NCBI GenBank assembly: GCA_013265495.1
Contig: MU058687.1
Location: 4,772,093 to 4,836,092 of the forward strand
Direction: 5' to 3'
Origin: Vicugna vicugna
Taxonomy: Eukaryota
DNA: 64,000 nt
Positions 36,596 to 50,484 of the stretch are shown piece after piece. The translations under genes were made by a program, and so were the position numbers. Position 1 is the first letter of the stretch, and every line of letters starts with the position of its first letter. The notes beneath the pieces were generated by a model. The model saw nothing but the letters and a program-made list of their open reading frames with translations. It did no database searches and was not told the DNA's origin.

Positions 36596-39500
36596 TCCTG
36601 GGATTTCGTAATGCCTACGCAGTCTGTTCCTTGAGTCACTCAGCCTCCTCAGTCTTCTGTTCTGCAGACACTCACGTCATCCTGGCCACTAGAATGAAAG
36701 GTGAAACCAAGACATTGTTTTATCAGCTTTTCCACGCATGTGCCCAAATGGTTCCCACCTTTACTAACAAGAGAGAAAGCCAGTCACAAGGCTTTGGGGA
36801 AACCATTGGTGCCTACTTGGGAAAATGCTGAGAATTATATACTGCTTGCAGAACCCCCAAAATTTTTCCAAAGAAGTCTATGTACACTGTAAAGATATGG
36901 CTATTCCCACCCTTTAAAGCTGGGGAGGGGCATGAATCTATCTCCACATGGCAGTTAGCAGGACAGGCAAAATTTTCCACTGAATAGGTAATTAGTGTCA
37001 GGGTAATCTTTTTTCTCCTAAGTAAATAGTAAATTCATTTAGAGAGTGTATTTGAGCACTGAGAAGAATCTCATTCCATTTAAATATTACTTCTGACAGA
37101 ATTTTACCGTTTTTATGTCATTTGAAGATTATGGATGTCTCTATTTCAGGCGACAGTCGATTGTCTGGTAGACATAACCCACTGGCGATTATAGACCATA
37201 ATAACTGTGACCCAGACCAATGATAAGTGAGCATCTCCCCGTCTTCTCATAGGTGGATTCCTGGAAATTGTTAGTGTACCTGCTGAGCTACAGAGCCCAC
37301 ATCAGGGAGGTACCACTTTTCTCCTATTCTTAACCAGGCTTATTCAACTCAAAAATAATACCCAGAATTCTCAGCTCTTGAGTCCCTCTGTACCCAAGCT
37401 CCAAAAGAATCAATTAAAATTGCGGTTTGATGTTAATGCTGAGTTAATATTAGTACTGAGAAAAATAGTTGGTCAGTTAGAAAAATCACCCTAAATGTAA
37501 TTTTATGCCTCTGTAGGTCAAGAAAAAAACATTTGAATTTGTCAGTAGGTCCTCATTCTCCGATGCTCACTCTCTTTTCAAAGCGATTTTGCAAGCTATT
37601 CAGATTTAATGCTAATGTGTCATATTCTAGAATATATTTACCAGTGGAACTTTCAAAGAATCTTATTGGTATAGTGAATTATATAAAATCTCATGATATT
37701 ATGTTTGGCTTACCATAGTCAGATACTCCTGACACATTTTTATCAATCACGCGTGGAAAGTACTGTGACATAGTAAATTCCACCAAGCTTCACTGAATAA
37801 TCTCATGTGTTTCCTTCCAAAGATTTGTTGGCTAGTTAAGTGTTTATGGTCTTAAATGGTGCTAAGTGAAGAAATGCTCAAAACATGCACAACATGAATA
37901 CCAAAGTCTGTTCCTTTCCAAGTGAAATGCCAGGGTCAAGTTCAATATGATAGTGAACTTGAACAATGGTGGGTGCCAGCTGATGAGGGGTGGACATTAA
38001 TTCAGGTGGTGACACAGAGATTGACATTGTGAGGATTTTTAAATTCCAGAACTAAATGGATGATCCACTGGGAGGCAATGTCCAGACAGATCAATACTCT
38101 ACAAAAAGATAATTGCTTTTCTTGGTGAATCCTAAGAAAGGTCTGGGGCTTTAGGGAAATTGAGAGAGATTTCTTTCTTTCTTTCTTTCCTTTTTTTTTT
38201 TTCCACAAAAAGGTAATTAATGAGTACAGCAGACAATTCAAGGCAAGAGAATAGAATCTGAAAGCTTGAAAGCTGTACATTCAGGATGGATTTAGAGATT
38301 ACGGAAGAGCTTTAGCCCAGAGCAGTGCCCACAGAAGTGGACAGCGCGACAGTGGTGACAGTGTCTCCTTGAGAGATGCATGCTGAAATTTTCTGTAGTG
38401 CAGGCTTCCAAAAGCGTTTGAGCAAAGGAGGTATTTCTTTCAGCATAGTGGTATACCTCAGAAAAGAGTCTAGGATTTAGCATAAAATAGGGATTTAAGT
38501 TGTCCTAAAGCGAGTTTACAAACGAAGGCTGAAATACTCCGTCATGGGGTGAGAGCATGCATTTTACTCTATCGATGATCTATCATGCTTTCTTGGACTA
38601 TAAAAAGGGGCTACCTGCAAACTTAGAGCCTTCTCATTCCTTGAACTCGCCAGTGGAATTCGGTTAGTCAAAATAAATCATTACTAAGCTTGGAATTATA
38701 AGGTGAGGGTTAGCATTGTGTTAGATTTTTCCACAAGGTCTCTATTAGTTAAAAAAGAACATTTCTGCTTTAATTAATTTAATTTAATTTAAATGACAAA
38801 AGCTAGTTATACTAGGAGCAGTATCTGAGTGCTATTATTTGCTTTCCCATCCAGTTCCTTCTGCTGGACTATGTGCTCCTTAAAGGTAGAATTCTAGTCC
38901 TGTCCATCTGTATATACACAGTAGATGCTCAATAAATGCTTCTTGAATGAATGCATTGAAAGTATAATCTAACTGCAAACTTAAGTATGTATTAAATGTA
39001 TACTTGATGCCTGGCACTAATACTCCTACTAATTTTTTATTTTTTTAGATTTGACTATATTTGAGCCTGAAATGATTTACCTAAAAAGTTAGATCATTAA
39101 AACAAAACAAACAAGATCCTTTCTTTACAACATCAAGAGATTTGTGTCCTGACATAAAAAAGTGAATAGTCACTCTCTTCGTCTAATGGATTCTGTCATC
39201 TTCATTAACTTCCTGTTTCATCTGAGAAATGGCTACACTTAGGGGTCAGGAACTCTGGGGAGATGATTTCTATTCTATCAAAATGTCAAATAATCTCCCA
39301 GAAACTGAAAACCGGTTGTATTCAGAAAACAACCGAAAGAAGTGAGTTTCAGTTTCATCACACATGAGTATCCTCCAACGCCATCTTTCCTAGACGCTTT
39401 GCATGAAGGAAGGTCAGTGAACACCATCAAGATAGATTGTTTGTGCAGGAGACCAAAAAGGCTAGTCCTTGAAGGAGGTAGATAGAAAAGAGTCAAATAT

Positions 39501-39596
39501 TTAACAAAATCAAGGATTAAAGTTGCCGCTTTGGGGAGGGGCCATTTAAAAATGCAATCTGAAACACATTTCACCTCTACATAATTTCTTAAGACT

Positions 39597-39882
39597 TCTT
39601 ATTGTGAAATAATTTTAGATTTACAGCAAAGTTGCAAAGATTGTGTAGTGAGTTTCTTTATACCCTTCACCCAGCTCCCCCTAATGTTAATATATTACAG
39701 AACCATGATACTTTTATTGAAACAAAAAATTAATATTTGTACAATACTATTAACTCCGGACTCAACTCAGCTTTTCCTGGCTTTTCAACTGATGTTCTTT
39801 TTATGTTCCAGGATCCAATCCAAAATACTACATTTCATTTACTTTTCTTGTCTCCTTAGCTTCTCTTCTGATCTGTGACAGT
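39597..39882 (-). mobile_element. Old L1M (MC/MD-like) 3' UTR fragment
   Basis: aataattttagatttacagcaaagttgcaaa...cccttcacccagct...ttccaggatccaatcca. Confidence 0.7.
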
Positions 39883-40149
39883 CCACAAATACTTCTCTGT
39901 TGAAAGATTGATCTAAAAATACGTTTATTAGATCAATACCATCCTTCCTACCTTTCTTTCTCTACTGAACTTGGGCAGCAGTCACTTCCTTGGCTGTTAA
40001 TTCTAATTTATGCATTGAATATATTCTCATTATACAAGACTGTCCATGTGTTGATGTGGGCATATGTTGGAGATGTGTATCATTGTCAAATCCACAGAGA
40101 ATACAAAAACACTCTTCTAGCTTCACCAGATGACCCTCTCAGCAATCAT

Positions 40150-40390
40150 TAGGACATAGTGTAGAATGGTGGTAAGAACACAGACCCTGGAACCGAACTG
40201 GCTGGATTTGAATCCTCACTCTAGTTATATGATGTTAGGAAAAGGCAGTTAATCTCTCTGTACCTCGGTTTCTGCATTTATAAAGTGAGAGTCGTGGAAG
40301 ATTAAAATGAATAAACATACAAAAGGCATGGAGAACAGTTAATTGGCACATGGTAGGTACTGTGTGTTAACTCTTATTATAGTTATTATT
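40150..40390 (+). mobile_element. MIR
   Basis: ggatttgaatcctcactct...taatctctctgtacctcggtttctgcatttataaa...tggcacatggtagg. Confidence 0.8.
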
Positions 40391-41069
40391 GACCATAAAA
40401 AAGTGAGTGAAGGCAATCAGTGTAGGGCAGTTGAATGACTCCTGGGCTCTGCATCAGGAAGACAGGGAAAGGGGACAGGTGGGCTTGGGGACTTGGTGAG
40501 TTAGGTGTTAATCCAAACCTCCTTTCCATGTTGGCATTACTTATTTTGGTTACCTCCAAAAGAGGACTTTTAGAAGAAGCTGTGCCTGGCTTTCTCTCTA
40601 AGTGGCACACTGCCACCCTGGGCCTAGTGCTCTGAGACTCTGCAAGCTGACCCGGTGGCCACGGAGCGTTCTTGAGGATGGAGGGCCAGGGGGCGGAGCA
40701 TGTTGGGACTGCCAAGGCCAGGCTTGTCATTGATTTTCTGCTTGGTTACTAAGCAACTGAGATTTCTCCCACTGTAGAAAAAGACACATCACCACCATTT
40801 CAAAGGGAAATATGCTGAAAGGGAATAGAATGGCCACTTAACTCCACTTATTCCTTATAAATGAGGACAAGGACAGTATGCCGAGTCAGAATTAAACTGA
40901 GGACTTCTGCTTGGTGCAGAGCAGGCAGATTGGGATTTTTTTTCCTTTTTTTAAATAGAAAGCTTCACCTCTTCTAGCTATCTAGAATTATAAGAAAATA
41001 ATAAACATAAGGGACCCTCAAAAGACCCAACACTCTTGTAAAGTGTATAAATCGAGCGACAAATTATAT

Positions 41070-41240
41070 GAATAATAGCTGACATTTATTGAGTCTTTAT
41101 TACATACCAGACAATGTTCTAAGCATCTTAGATTTAATTCTTAGAATCCTATGAAGTAGGACTGATAATTAATACTATTTTACAGATGATAAAACTGAAG
41201 CACCTAGTAAATAAGAAAATGACCCAAAGTCGCACGGTTT
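41070..41240 (-). mobile_element. MIR
   Basis: aatagctgacatttattgag...attttacagatgataaaactgaagc. Confidence 0.75.
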
Positions 41241-42279
41241 TCATCAAGTACTTTTCCAAAAGCTTATTTACTTAGATAACAGTATTTTTGATAATTAAGA
41301 TAATTTATAAAGACCTTTACAATGATAGCCTTATTCCATCCCTACCCAGATTAAATTGATATGTGCCCCAAAAAGCCAGAAACACAGTAATCAGGGTTGA
41401 TAGCAGTCACTGTATCTTCAAAAGAGATCATGTCCATCAATTAGTCAAATACTAAAATGAAAGGGATCAACTGTAAATTGAAATTTTAAATGTTTGAGGG
41501 AGAACATTGAGCAAGGCTGGGGTTCTGTTACCTTGAAACAATCCCCAGGATCCAGTGATCTGGGAGGGGGAGTGCTCTATTGGCAGAACTAATTTACAGA
41601 GTTTTCAGCCAAGAAAAGGAAAGGAAACAACCAGATAATTCTTCTCCATAAAAGTCAGGTTATGACCTAATTATGTATCACACACACGCGAACAAGCTTG
41701 GTTGTCCAGTTTCCAGCACAGTAAACAGCTGCCTGATCTGATCGGGGGTGGGGTACCCTGAGAAATCCGATCTCTGGTGAGAAGAGATTCCTCATGGATA
41801 ACACCCCAGGGTTACCGATTTTCAAAGACCAAGAAAATGGTGACGTGCCCCCAGCTAGACGGACCACAGTGTCATCCTTCTTGGTTCTTCGGAAGGATTT
41901 TGCATCGCTTCAGGCCTGTCATTGTGAACATCAGTGATCATTGTGGGAACTGGGGAGAGCACTGGTGAGTGGGAAGCTCCAATTACAGAACGCTGGATAC
42001 AACAGCCTTGGCTGTAATTACACTGTGTTTAGATGGTTGGGCCTAATGAGCAATGCTCCTTAATCCAAATGTTGATTTTTTTCAAATGAGTTAAAATTAG
42101 GGCTAAAACTGTGTTAGTAAATCTGTTTACTGGATTGACTCTGTGGCTCCAAGTAGGATTCAGATTATTCAACTAGCATTTCGTAAGCATCAAACCAATT
42201 GTCAGGAGAGGTCCTGGAGATCCAGAAGTAGAGGAAAACGTCAAGGAGTCACAGGGCATTTTAACTGTAATAACACAAT

Positions 42280-42500
42280 AATAATAGCAGCTGGTATTGA
42301 TTGAGCCCTTGCCAGGTGCCAGACTCTGCCTGTATTAATTAATTTGCCAACTTACCACCATAACCCCTTGCAGGAGAGACAATACTGGAGGTGAGAAGGC
42401 AGGGACAGGAGGGCTAAGTGATTGATCCAAGGCTGTGTATGAAATAAGTGGCAGAGCAAGGCTTACACTCAGGTGGTCTGATTCCAGAACTTGTGCCCTT
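42280..42500 (-). mobile_element. MIR
   Basis: gtattgattgagccc...gctaagtgattgatccaagg...aagtggcagagc. Confidence 0.65.
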
Positions 42501-42599
42501 CAGTCTGATCCTGGTGTTCCACAGGTTTCGATATAGTTGATTTTAAATGGTATGTTTCAGGTCAAGAAGAGATATAATTAACCATGTTTGCCGGTGCTG

Positions 42600-43095
42600 C
42601 TGGAGTGATGTGGTCAGATCATAAGATTATCCTAACTCCCTTGTTCACTCTATTCCATCCATACTGGCCTCTTTGCCATTCTTCGAGCAGGTCAATTTTG
42701 TCCCAACCTCAAGGCCTTTGCACTAACTACATTGACCTGGACACCCCCTCCCAGATACCCTCTTACGGCTCTTTTACTCAATCCTTCCCCACTTTTGCCC
42801 AAATGTTACCTTATTAGTGAAGACTCTCCTAATCCAACAAGTTTTAGCAGCCCTTCTTCCCCACCTTCCTATAATCTCTATTCCCTTACCCTGCCTTACT
42901 TTCCTCCTGAGATTTTAACCTCATTGATATACTGCATATTTACTTGGATTTTGTTTGTTTTTTGCCTCCCCACCCTAGAATATACGTTCTAAGATGTCAG
43001 TGACTTTCTTTGGATTCTGAATACAAATATCACTGATTTCCCAATGCCTAGAACTGTGTCTGACACACAGTGGTTCAATATATATTGTTTGATTT
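42600..43095 (+). mobile_element. L2 3' end
   Basis: cctcaaggcctttgcac...cccaatgcctagaactgtgtctgacacacagt...tcaatatatattgttt. Confidence 0.75.
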
Positions 43096-43384
43096 CATAA
43101 ACTAAAAAGACAGACAAAAACATGTCAAAATGTTAAAATGGTTATATCTGAGTATTGCAATTATGACATTTCAAAAGAAGAATGCATTTACTAAGTTTTC
43201 TATTATACGTATGTTTCTAATCAGGGAAAAGTGAAAAATTGACTAAAGTGAAGAAGCGAATCACTAACTCATCTCAGAAACTTATTGACTTTGTGTTACT
43301 ATTTTACATTAGGTTTTTGTACATAGTGAGAGGCTTTTATTGAGAGTTCCTTTGAAGAGGTTTCTCTATAAAACGATCCTTTCC

Positions 43385-44455
43385 TGCTTACTCCAGCTTC
43401 GGTTGCAGCCCTGACTGCTCACCTGCGTGGGAGACCCACCTGTGGAACTGTCTGTGTAAACAACTTCCACGGGGACACCCTGGGGGCCGCTGAAGAGAAT
43501 CGAGTCCAAAATAGAACTCTTGATTCTCACTCTGCATTTTACACAGTGATTCCCATCTCAATAAATCCAACATCCACCCAGCTTTTCAAGCCAAAAATTT
43601 AGGATTCATACCTCCCTTTCCTAATGCCTGTATCAATTCCATCAGAAATCCTATTGAATCTCCTTCCAGAAAGTAACCCAAATCAGACCCCTTCTCACTG
43701 CTGCGCCCCCTCACTGCTTCCTGTTTAGTACATGCACCCTGTGGCCACCTTAGCCATCACTCACCTGACTCTTTGCAGATAATTCCTAACTGGTATCTTT
43801 GTTTCCACTCTTGTCTGACACGCCCACTTCCTGTCAGTCTCTTCTCCTCAAAGCAGCCAGAGTATTTTTAAATGTAATCAGCCTGTGTTTCCCCACTTCC
43901 CTGATTAAAATCCTCTTGTGGCTTCATATTGTGCTACTGTAGAATCTAAATGTATTACCCTCGACTTGAAGATCCTACAGGACCTGACCCCTCAGTCTCC
44001 CTCAGAACTCGTCCTCTGCCCCTTGCTTCTGCAACCACCTCACTCTGGACTGTTAATCATGTTGCCCGGCTTATTCAAGCTTTAGGCTCCCTCTTGTCCT
44101 GAGAATTATCCCCTGAGCACCGAGGCTGGATGTTTCTTGTCATTTAGATCTCAGCTCAGAGGTTACCTTCTTGGACTGACCTTTTTGATCATCTTAGAAG
44201 GCTTCCCCCTCCCTCCCTACTAGTCATTTTATCCCATACCTCCTTGCTACTTACCATAAGAGTCTGTAATTATGTAGTCCACATGTTCACATGTTTAATG
44301 TCTGCCTTGCACTGAAATGAAGGCACCAGGAGGGAAGGGGAAGGGACTGTCTAATCACTGCTCTGACCTAAGCACCTGGAATAGTGCCTGGCGCATAGTA
44401 GGTCTTAATAAGTCGTCACTGAGTGAAGGATTAAAGGATTGCAAGAATGAATGTT
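43385..44455 (+). mobile_element. L2 (L2a-like) 3' region of about 1 kb
   Basis: catccacccagcttttcaagccaaaaatttagga...tcctaactggt...gcagccagagt...agtgcctggcgcatagtagg...gaatgaatg. Confidence 0.8.
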
Positions 44456-44701
44456 TTGTGGCATGTGTACAGAGATTAAAGATGATGATCGGTCGTGTAA
44501 TTCTGACAGTCTGCCTTCCAGTACATCCGTTTCCCTAATCTTGGGCACAAATAGCAAAAGAAAACTTTTCTTCTAGGAACAAGGTAATGTCATTGGTTGA
44601 TTGGTTCATTCATTCATCATTCTTCACTTATTAGGTATTTCCTGTATTGAGGACTTTCTCTACTGGCCTCGTGTATTTGGTATTCTGGCAGTTATCTTAG
44701 C

Positions 44702-44704
<3 letters not shown>

Positions 44705-44735
<31 letters not shown>
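44705..44735. repeat. (TG)15 microsatellite
   Basis: Read directly from the sequence. Confidence 0.98.
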
Positions 44736-44737
<2 letters not shown>

Positions 44738-45698
44738 TGGAGGTGGAATCAAGTAAACAACTAAATCAATGCAAAAAGTATTTTTTTTAGTAGCAATTTT
44801 ATGTCTAGACTTATGTGCACCTTGTTTTGAGAATGCAAAGAAAGGTACTACTGTGTCTGCTTACTGGAAGTTCAGTGGATAAGCATTTATCTTCAAGTCG
44901 GTCAGCTTTCCTGAATCTGAATTTTAACAGACATTAGATCTGGAGAAAAAAAGAAAAAACACAGGAAGCAGTACAGAAACTAATGCCCATTCATCTAAAT
45001 AGAACAAATACCGTCTGAAACTGGCCGTGGACCTCTGGTAATCTGCGGTCTTCTCCATCTTGAGTGAGGGATGGCTAAACAGACGGGGCTGATGACTGTT
45101 TAAGAAGGAGTGATTACTACTTTTCCCCAGCCCCAGGGATAAAAAGCAAAATTAGTTTCTATTCCAAAAAAATTTTTTTAGAGGCCAGTTAAAATTATTG
45201 GCTTCATGCATCACTCGGCAATTGTAGGCGGCAGTGCTGCACCCTCGCCAGAGATGATTAGAATAATTGCTGTCCTTTCATCTTTCTCATCTAACAACAC
45301 CCTCCCCGTGCCTCCTGCTCCCCTTTGTGTCTTAGCATGCTGCCTGTGTCTGCTTTGCTGAGCGAGCATCCAGGCTCAGCATAATTAGGCCATTTGCCTG
45401 TCATATGGGTTTGCTTCTAAATCTTCCTTCTCTGTAGGTTGCAGTGAGGTCAATCATATGCAGTCAAATGGCAAAGAAGACATTAAAAATACACGTATCT
45501 TAGCACTAAATATACACCACCGATGAGCTTCGGTTACAAAGGGAGCTTCTCTTAATATACCTTAGATACAGCTGCTAGCCGTTTTCTTGCCCCTGCTGGC
45601 AATCACTCTAGCTTGATTAGCAGCATGACTGATAACATGATTTATATCAGTCTTTTTTTTCATAAGTAGTAAGAGATGGAGAGGATTTTTACCAACCC

Positions 45699-45850
45699 AG
45701 TGTTTCTCATACTTGTCTAATCATACCGTAGCACTTGATAAAAGTATGCTCCAAACCTACTGACTCCAACGTTAAACAGGCCTAGGATCTGTTATATTTA
45801 ACAAACAGCCTAGGTGATGGGATTGTTAGGCCGTTCGGGAAACCAGATGC
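45699..45850. mobile_element. MER5-family hAT MITE, degraded
   Basis: cagtgtttctca...acctactga...gatctgttatatttaacaa...ggtgat...gggaaacc. Confidence 0.55.
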
Positions 45851-48019
45851 TAATAATGGGTAACTGTTTATATGTAAACCTGATGTTTTCCTGATTGAAG
45901 TGAGGCCCCTATCTCTTTCTTAAGTGAAACTTAGGTTAAAATGTTCAGAGTATCTCCCACATTGAATGTTCCCAGTGCCCACTGCATGTGCCGTGAGAGA
46001 GCGAGCTCCCCGTGGGGTATTTTGGGATGCAGATCTCTTTCTGTTGTACTATTAGGCTGAATGAATGAGGCCACCAAGTACATCTCCCGCTCTGTCCATG
46101 GTATGACAATGCATGTTGACCTTATGACATTTGTCAACAAAGCTGGCTCCCCAGCTAGGCTCAGCCAGCCTTACTTCTAAAGCATTGGAAATTTTTACAC
46201 GGTGAAATCCACTTTGACAGAAGCTAAGAGAAAAAGTAACAGACTTTAAAATATTGCGGATAGAAGGGGCATTAGAGGGCATCATTCTCACCCGATAGCT
46301 ATAAAAGTAAAGGCGCAGAGGCCACTGAGGGGCTTGCAAGGCAAATGGTTAACTAGAGGGAGAATGTGGACTGTCTCCTGGTTTTAGGTCTGATTTCCTC
46401 TCTGTGACACAATTTCCTGGTTCCTGCAACCAAGCATCCTCCTCCCTGAGCCCCAGTTTCCTCTTTAGAAAAAAGCACCTTAGTCTAGATGAGTGACTCT
46501 AAGACTGTGTTCCCTGAGACCCTGGGTTCAGCAGGTGTCCCTGGGAGGCCACCAGTGATGGGGTGGGAGGGGGTGGGAGGGGGTGGGGAGGACAGACCCC
46601 GAAGTGGGGCTCAGACTTCCCCTCATTCTGCTCTAATCTGGCTGGTGTATTGAAGTTGCATGAAGAATTTGTTTAGAAAGGCCAATTCTAATACTTTTTT
46701 TCTCTAAAATTGCAAAGGCACAGGAGCAGGTAGCAATTTCCAAGGGCTTTTCTGATTCTAATATTCGTGGCTTCTGAGAAAACAGGTCTGTGGGACAAGG
46801 GCTTGTCTTTCTTTGTCATTTCCTGTACAAACTGATGCTTGTGTATCCAGTGAACGGTGTTCGTTCACCAACTCCAGGTGTGGCTTGGTCAGCTCAAGGA
46901 ATTGACAGTGAAAATGAGAGAACAGCAGGAAAAGAAGCTCTTTGGAGGCAGGCTATCTTTTTAAATTCTCTTTAAAAAGCCAGGCTGAAATATCTACTGT
47001 CTCCTCTTAAAATGGAAACTTAGGAAGTTGCCTTATGCGTGCTGCCCTCCGCTTCCCAAATAGGTCCGGAGAGAAGCCAGACCCTCAGAGTGAGGATCTC
47101 ATCCCTTATTTGGGTCTATTCTGTGTTTAGGGATACTGGCACACCTCTGAGAATAGTTCAAGTTCTAAGAAAGAGAACTTTTGTCCTTAAGTAAGAAAAC
47201 ACAAGAGAAACTGGGAGGAGTTTTTCTGAAACCATCAATATCTACCATGAATCTAAGTTTTCTCCTTATTTCATGATGCTGGTCTGAGTTCTCTCCTATT
47301 CTCATCAAGACTCAGTTGAAATAGACTTGAGGATGTGTTTGCTTCCTCCTCTTAATTTTGATCTCTGTCATCTTGCCCAAAAAAGGGGCTAGATTTTTGT
47401 TTCCCTCCCGCATTTAAGATCCTCATCTTGGTTTTCAAACCTTCTCTGCACACTGCACCCCACTCTTCACCTTTTCTTGCTTAGCTCCTTTCACTGAAAG
47501 CTCTCTCATGCTTATACCAGATTTTAGACTGACTGGCTTGGGACATATGAGTGAATCAGGTGAGAGCAGTTAAGTAAGCAGAATGGTGCTACCCCCTTCT
47601 TCCTTGCCCATCAGCAAGGATGGATAATGACCGAAGAGCCTCCCCAGGCAAGTGACATGACATTTAGGGGTCCTGGTGGCTGGACAGCTTGGCTGAGTTT
47701 CCTCACTTGTAGTCTCAGCTCTTCAGAGTTGAACGGACTGGGTTATCTCTTGACAATGCATACATTTCTTCTATATTTGATGGTTGCTTACCTCTGATTT
47801 TTTTTCCTATGGGTTTTATTATATCTAGTTTAATTTTTCCCCTTAGTTGACTTTTGTTTTATGTAGCTTGTTTCTGGATGTATATGGTAGGGATATGGGT
47901 TTCTGAAGGTAATATACCCCAGTTTGCCTGTGAATTAACTGATGACACCATCTAGGAATAAGTCCTAAAACTTTATCAGCACAACATAACTAGGATTTAC
48001 AGGGCTTCTTGAAACAAAT

Positions 48020-48455
48020 CCAGCTCTCTGGCCTCCTCTCTCTGCATTCTCCCTGACCTGTTTTAACCTGCACATACAATACTTCCTCCCCAGGCAAGCC
48101 AAATAACCTCTCTCATACTTCTCTGCCTCTGCATATGCTGTTCCTTGACCAGGAATGTCCTTCCCTTTATCCTTCATCTGGAAAATTTAGACTAGTCCTT
48201 TAAGGCCTAATAGAAATGTCATCCGCTCTGATATGCCTTCCCAGATGCCCATGAGGAAAGTCAGATGTTCTGCCTTCTGTTTTCCCATGGTGCTTTATTG
48301 ACATCCCTGTGACAGCTTCCTGCCAGTCTAGCCCATTCATTTGGGAGACCTTCTGGGGTAAACAAAGTTTTATTCCTCTTTGGATTCACAGTGTCTCACA
48401 GACTGCCTGGAACATAGGATACACTCAGTCCTCGTGGCTGAAAAGAAGTGATGAA
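48020..48455 (+). mobile_element. L2 3' end
   Basis: gcatatgctgttccttgaccaggaatgtccttccc...tgcctggaacatagg. Confidence 0.7.
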
Positions 48456-48550
48456 TTAATCAATCCCCTCTTCCCCAGCACCTGCAACTCTGCAACTTCC
48501 CAAGGGGTCTGCCTTCTCCTTTGCTCCCCTTTTCTCTTTTTATTCAGTCT

Positions 48551-48552
<2 letters not shown>

Positions 48553-48592
<40 letters not shown>
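48553..48592. repeat. (TAA)13 microsatellite
   Basis: Read directly from the sequence. Confidence 0.98.
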
Positions 48593-49514
48593 TTTTTCTC
48601 CAGTGCAGTCTTCTCTGCTAGTGTGTTTTTCTCCAACTCCATTCCTTTTGTAAACATGAAACTTCTATTTCCATAAATAAAAGTCGAATCTGGAATCTTT
48701 TCATCTCAGCTTTGGAATTCTGCTAACAGCCTCCTGGTGGATCTCTTCCGTGTGCTGCTGCTGTAATGCACTCTTCTACCAGGTACCAAATCAATTGTTT
48801 CAAGGCACATTTCTACTACTTTACCTCTCTGGAGAGATTCTGAATTGAGTTTCCTATTAGATCAAGAACAGGCTTCTACTCTCAGCAACTGAGCCCTTTC
48901 GTCTCAATACTCCTTGCCCCTCAATGTGACCCACTGCATCCATCCAACCAGATTGTTATTTTCTGAAAGACTTTTTGCTCGTTCATCCCCAGTCCAAAAG
49001 GAGTGCTTGGTTGACTTATACTGAACCAATATAATTGGATCTATTCCAAACCAGGTTATGAATTTACCTCTCCCAAGAAGCCTGCCAGGATTAACCCAAC
49101 CCCCAAGTCATCACTTCATTATTCCATATCACTTTTGGTAGGATTTGAGACACAGGGACTTTTCAACCTTAACTTCACCCTTTTTTTTAGTGTTCACAGA
49201 TCATTTAACCTTCTTGTATCTAAAAATGGAGTCAAAAAAAGACTGTTACACATTTAGGGTGTTTCATAATGAAGTATAAAGTGTTTCAAATTGAAAATGA
49301 TGGTTTATTTGGTTTACAAATCAGGAATTCTCAAGAGGGTCTATAACCCATTTTTCCTCCCTCTTTCCCTGTAGGGTATATCTGTATCTTTGGAGTTTGA
49401 AAAGCATAAAGTAAAATTATCATCACTTTGATTTGTTTATGTTCATAATATTAAACTCACTTTGAAATACCAAATCACATTAAAAGGAAGGTGTGAAAAA
49501 TAGGGAAGACTATT

Positions 49515-49860
49515 TCTGGTGTAACAAATGGGCCCTCAAAATGTTAATTGCTCAAATATTAAAAAAAAAAATCTCCCTCAGTGATGTAGTCCAGTGTGGT
49601 TCCAGTTGGCAAGGGGTAGGAATGGGGTCCTGCTCTGTATGTATTGTCATTCTGGGACCTGGCCAACAGAGATTCTGTCATCTTCAACATGTTTTCCAAA
49701 GGTTTCTGTGTGTCAAAATCTTTCGGAAGGGGAGAGGCAACGAATACCTTCATGTGGGAGGACTTCATGGGCTAGATCTGAAAGTAGTCCACATTAATTT
49801 TATATATATTCCACTAGGTAAACCCGCAGCCACCTGCAGTTTCACTGGAAAGGAAATGGT
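49515..49860 (-). mobile_element. Old MLT1-like LTR fragment
   Basis: tgtaacaaa...gtcattctgggacc...catcttcaacatg...ctgaaagtagtccacatt. Confidence 0.45.
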
Positions 49861-50039
49861 TATACTAAAGAGTTAACCGCTTTTATCTATTACCTGACCT
49901 AGTTTTCAAAGTCGTTTCTGGTTTATACTGTGTCTTTCCTAATAAATTGTAAATGTTCTCTGAGCAGATGTTTCATATTATTTTCTTATACCCCACAGTA
50001 TATAGTATAGAGGCCTGGGCACATTAAGCCCTTGAAATC

Positions 50040-50484
50040 TGTGTTAATTTTCTATTGCTGTATAATAAATTACCACAAATTTAGTGCCTTAAAACAATAT
50101 GTGTTTATTATCTCACAATTTCTGTGGGCAGGAGTTGGGGCACAGTTTAGCTCAGTCCTCTGCAAGGCTGCCATCAAGAGGTTGGTCGGGGCTGACTCTT
50201 CATCTGGAGCCTCAACTGGGGAGAGGTCTGCTTCTAAGATAACTCAGGTTATGGGCAGATTTTATTTCCTTGAATCAATGCCAGCTTGATTCTTCAAAGA
50301 ACCAAGACTTCGCAGCTTGCTTCCTCAAAGCCAACAATAGACTTCTAGCAAGATAGTCTTATATACTGTAAGACCATGCCAACACCTTTGCAGTGTTGAT
50401 TATAAGCAAATTACAGGTCCTGTTCATACTCCAGGGAAGAAGAGTACACAGAGGAAGTGAATACCAGAAAGCCTTGTCCACCAC
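50040..50484 (-). mobile_element. MLT1E/F-like MaLR solo LTR
   Basis: tgtgttaattttctattgctgtataataaattaccacaaatttagtgccttaaaacaa...caaggctgccatcaag...ccaccaca. Confidence 0.8.

Noticed and set aside
46088..46108. RE1-like ctgtccatggtatga
   Set aside because: Needs a gap and mismatches at core positions of the REST consensus.
48309..48653. ORF with a poly-Ile, transmembrane-like run
   Set aside because: Produced by the (TAA)n microsatellite next to an L2 fragment.
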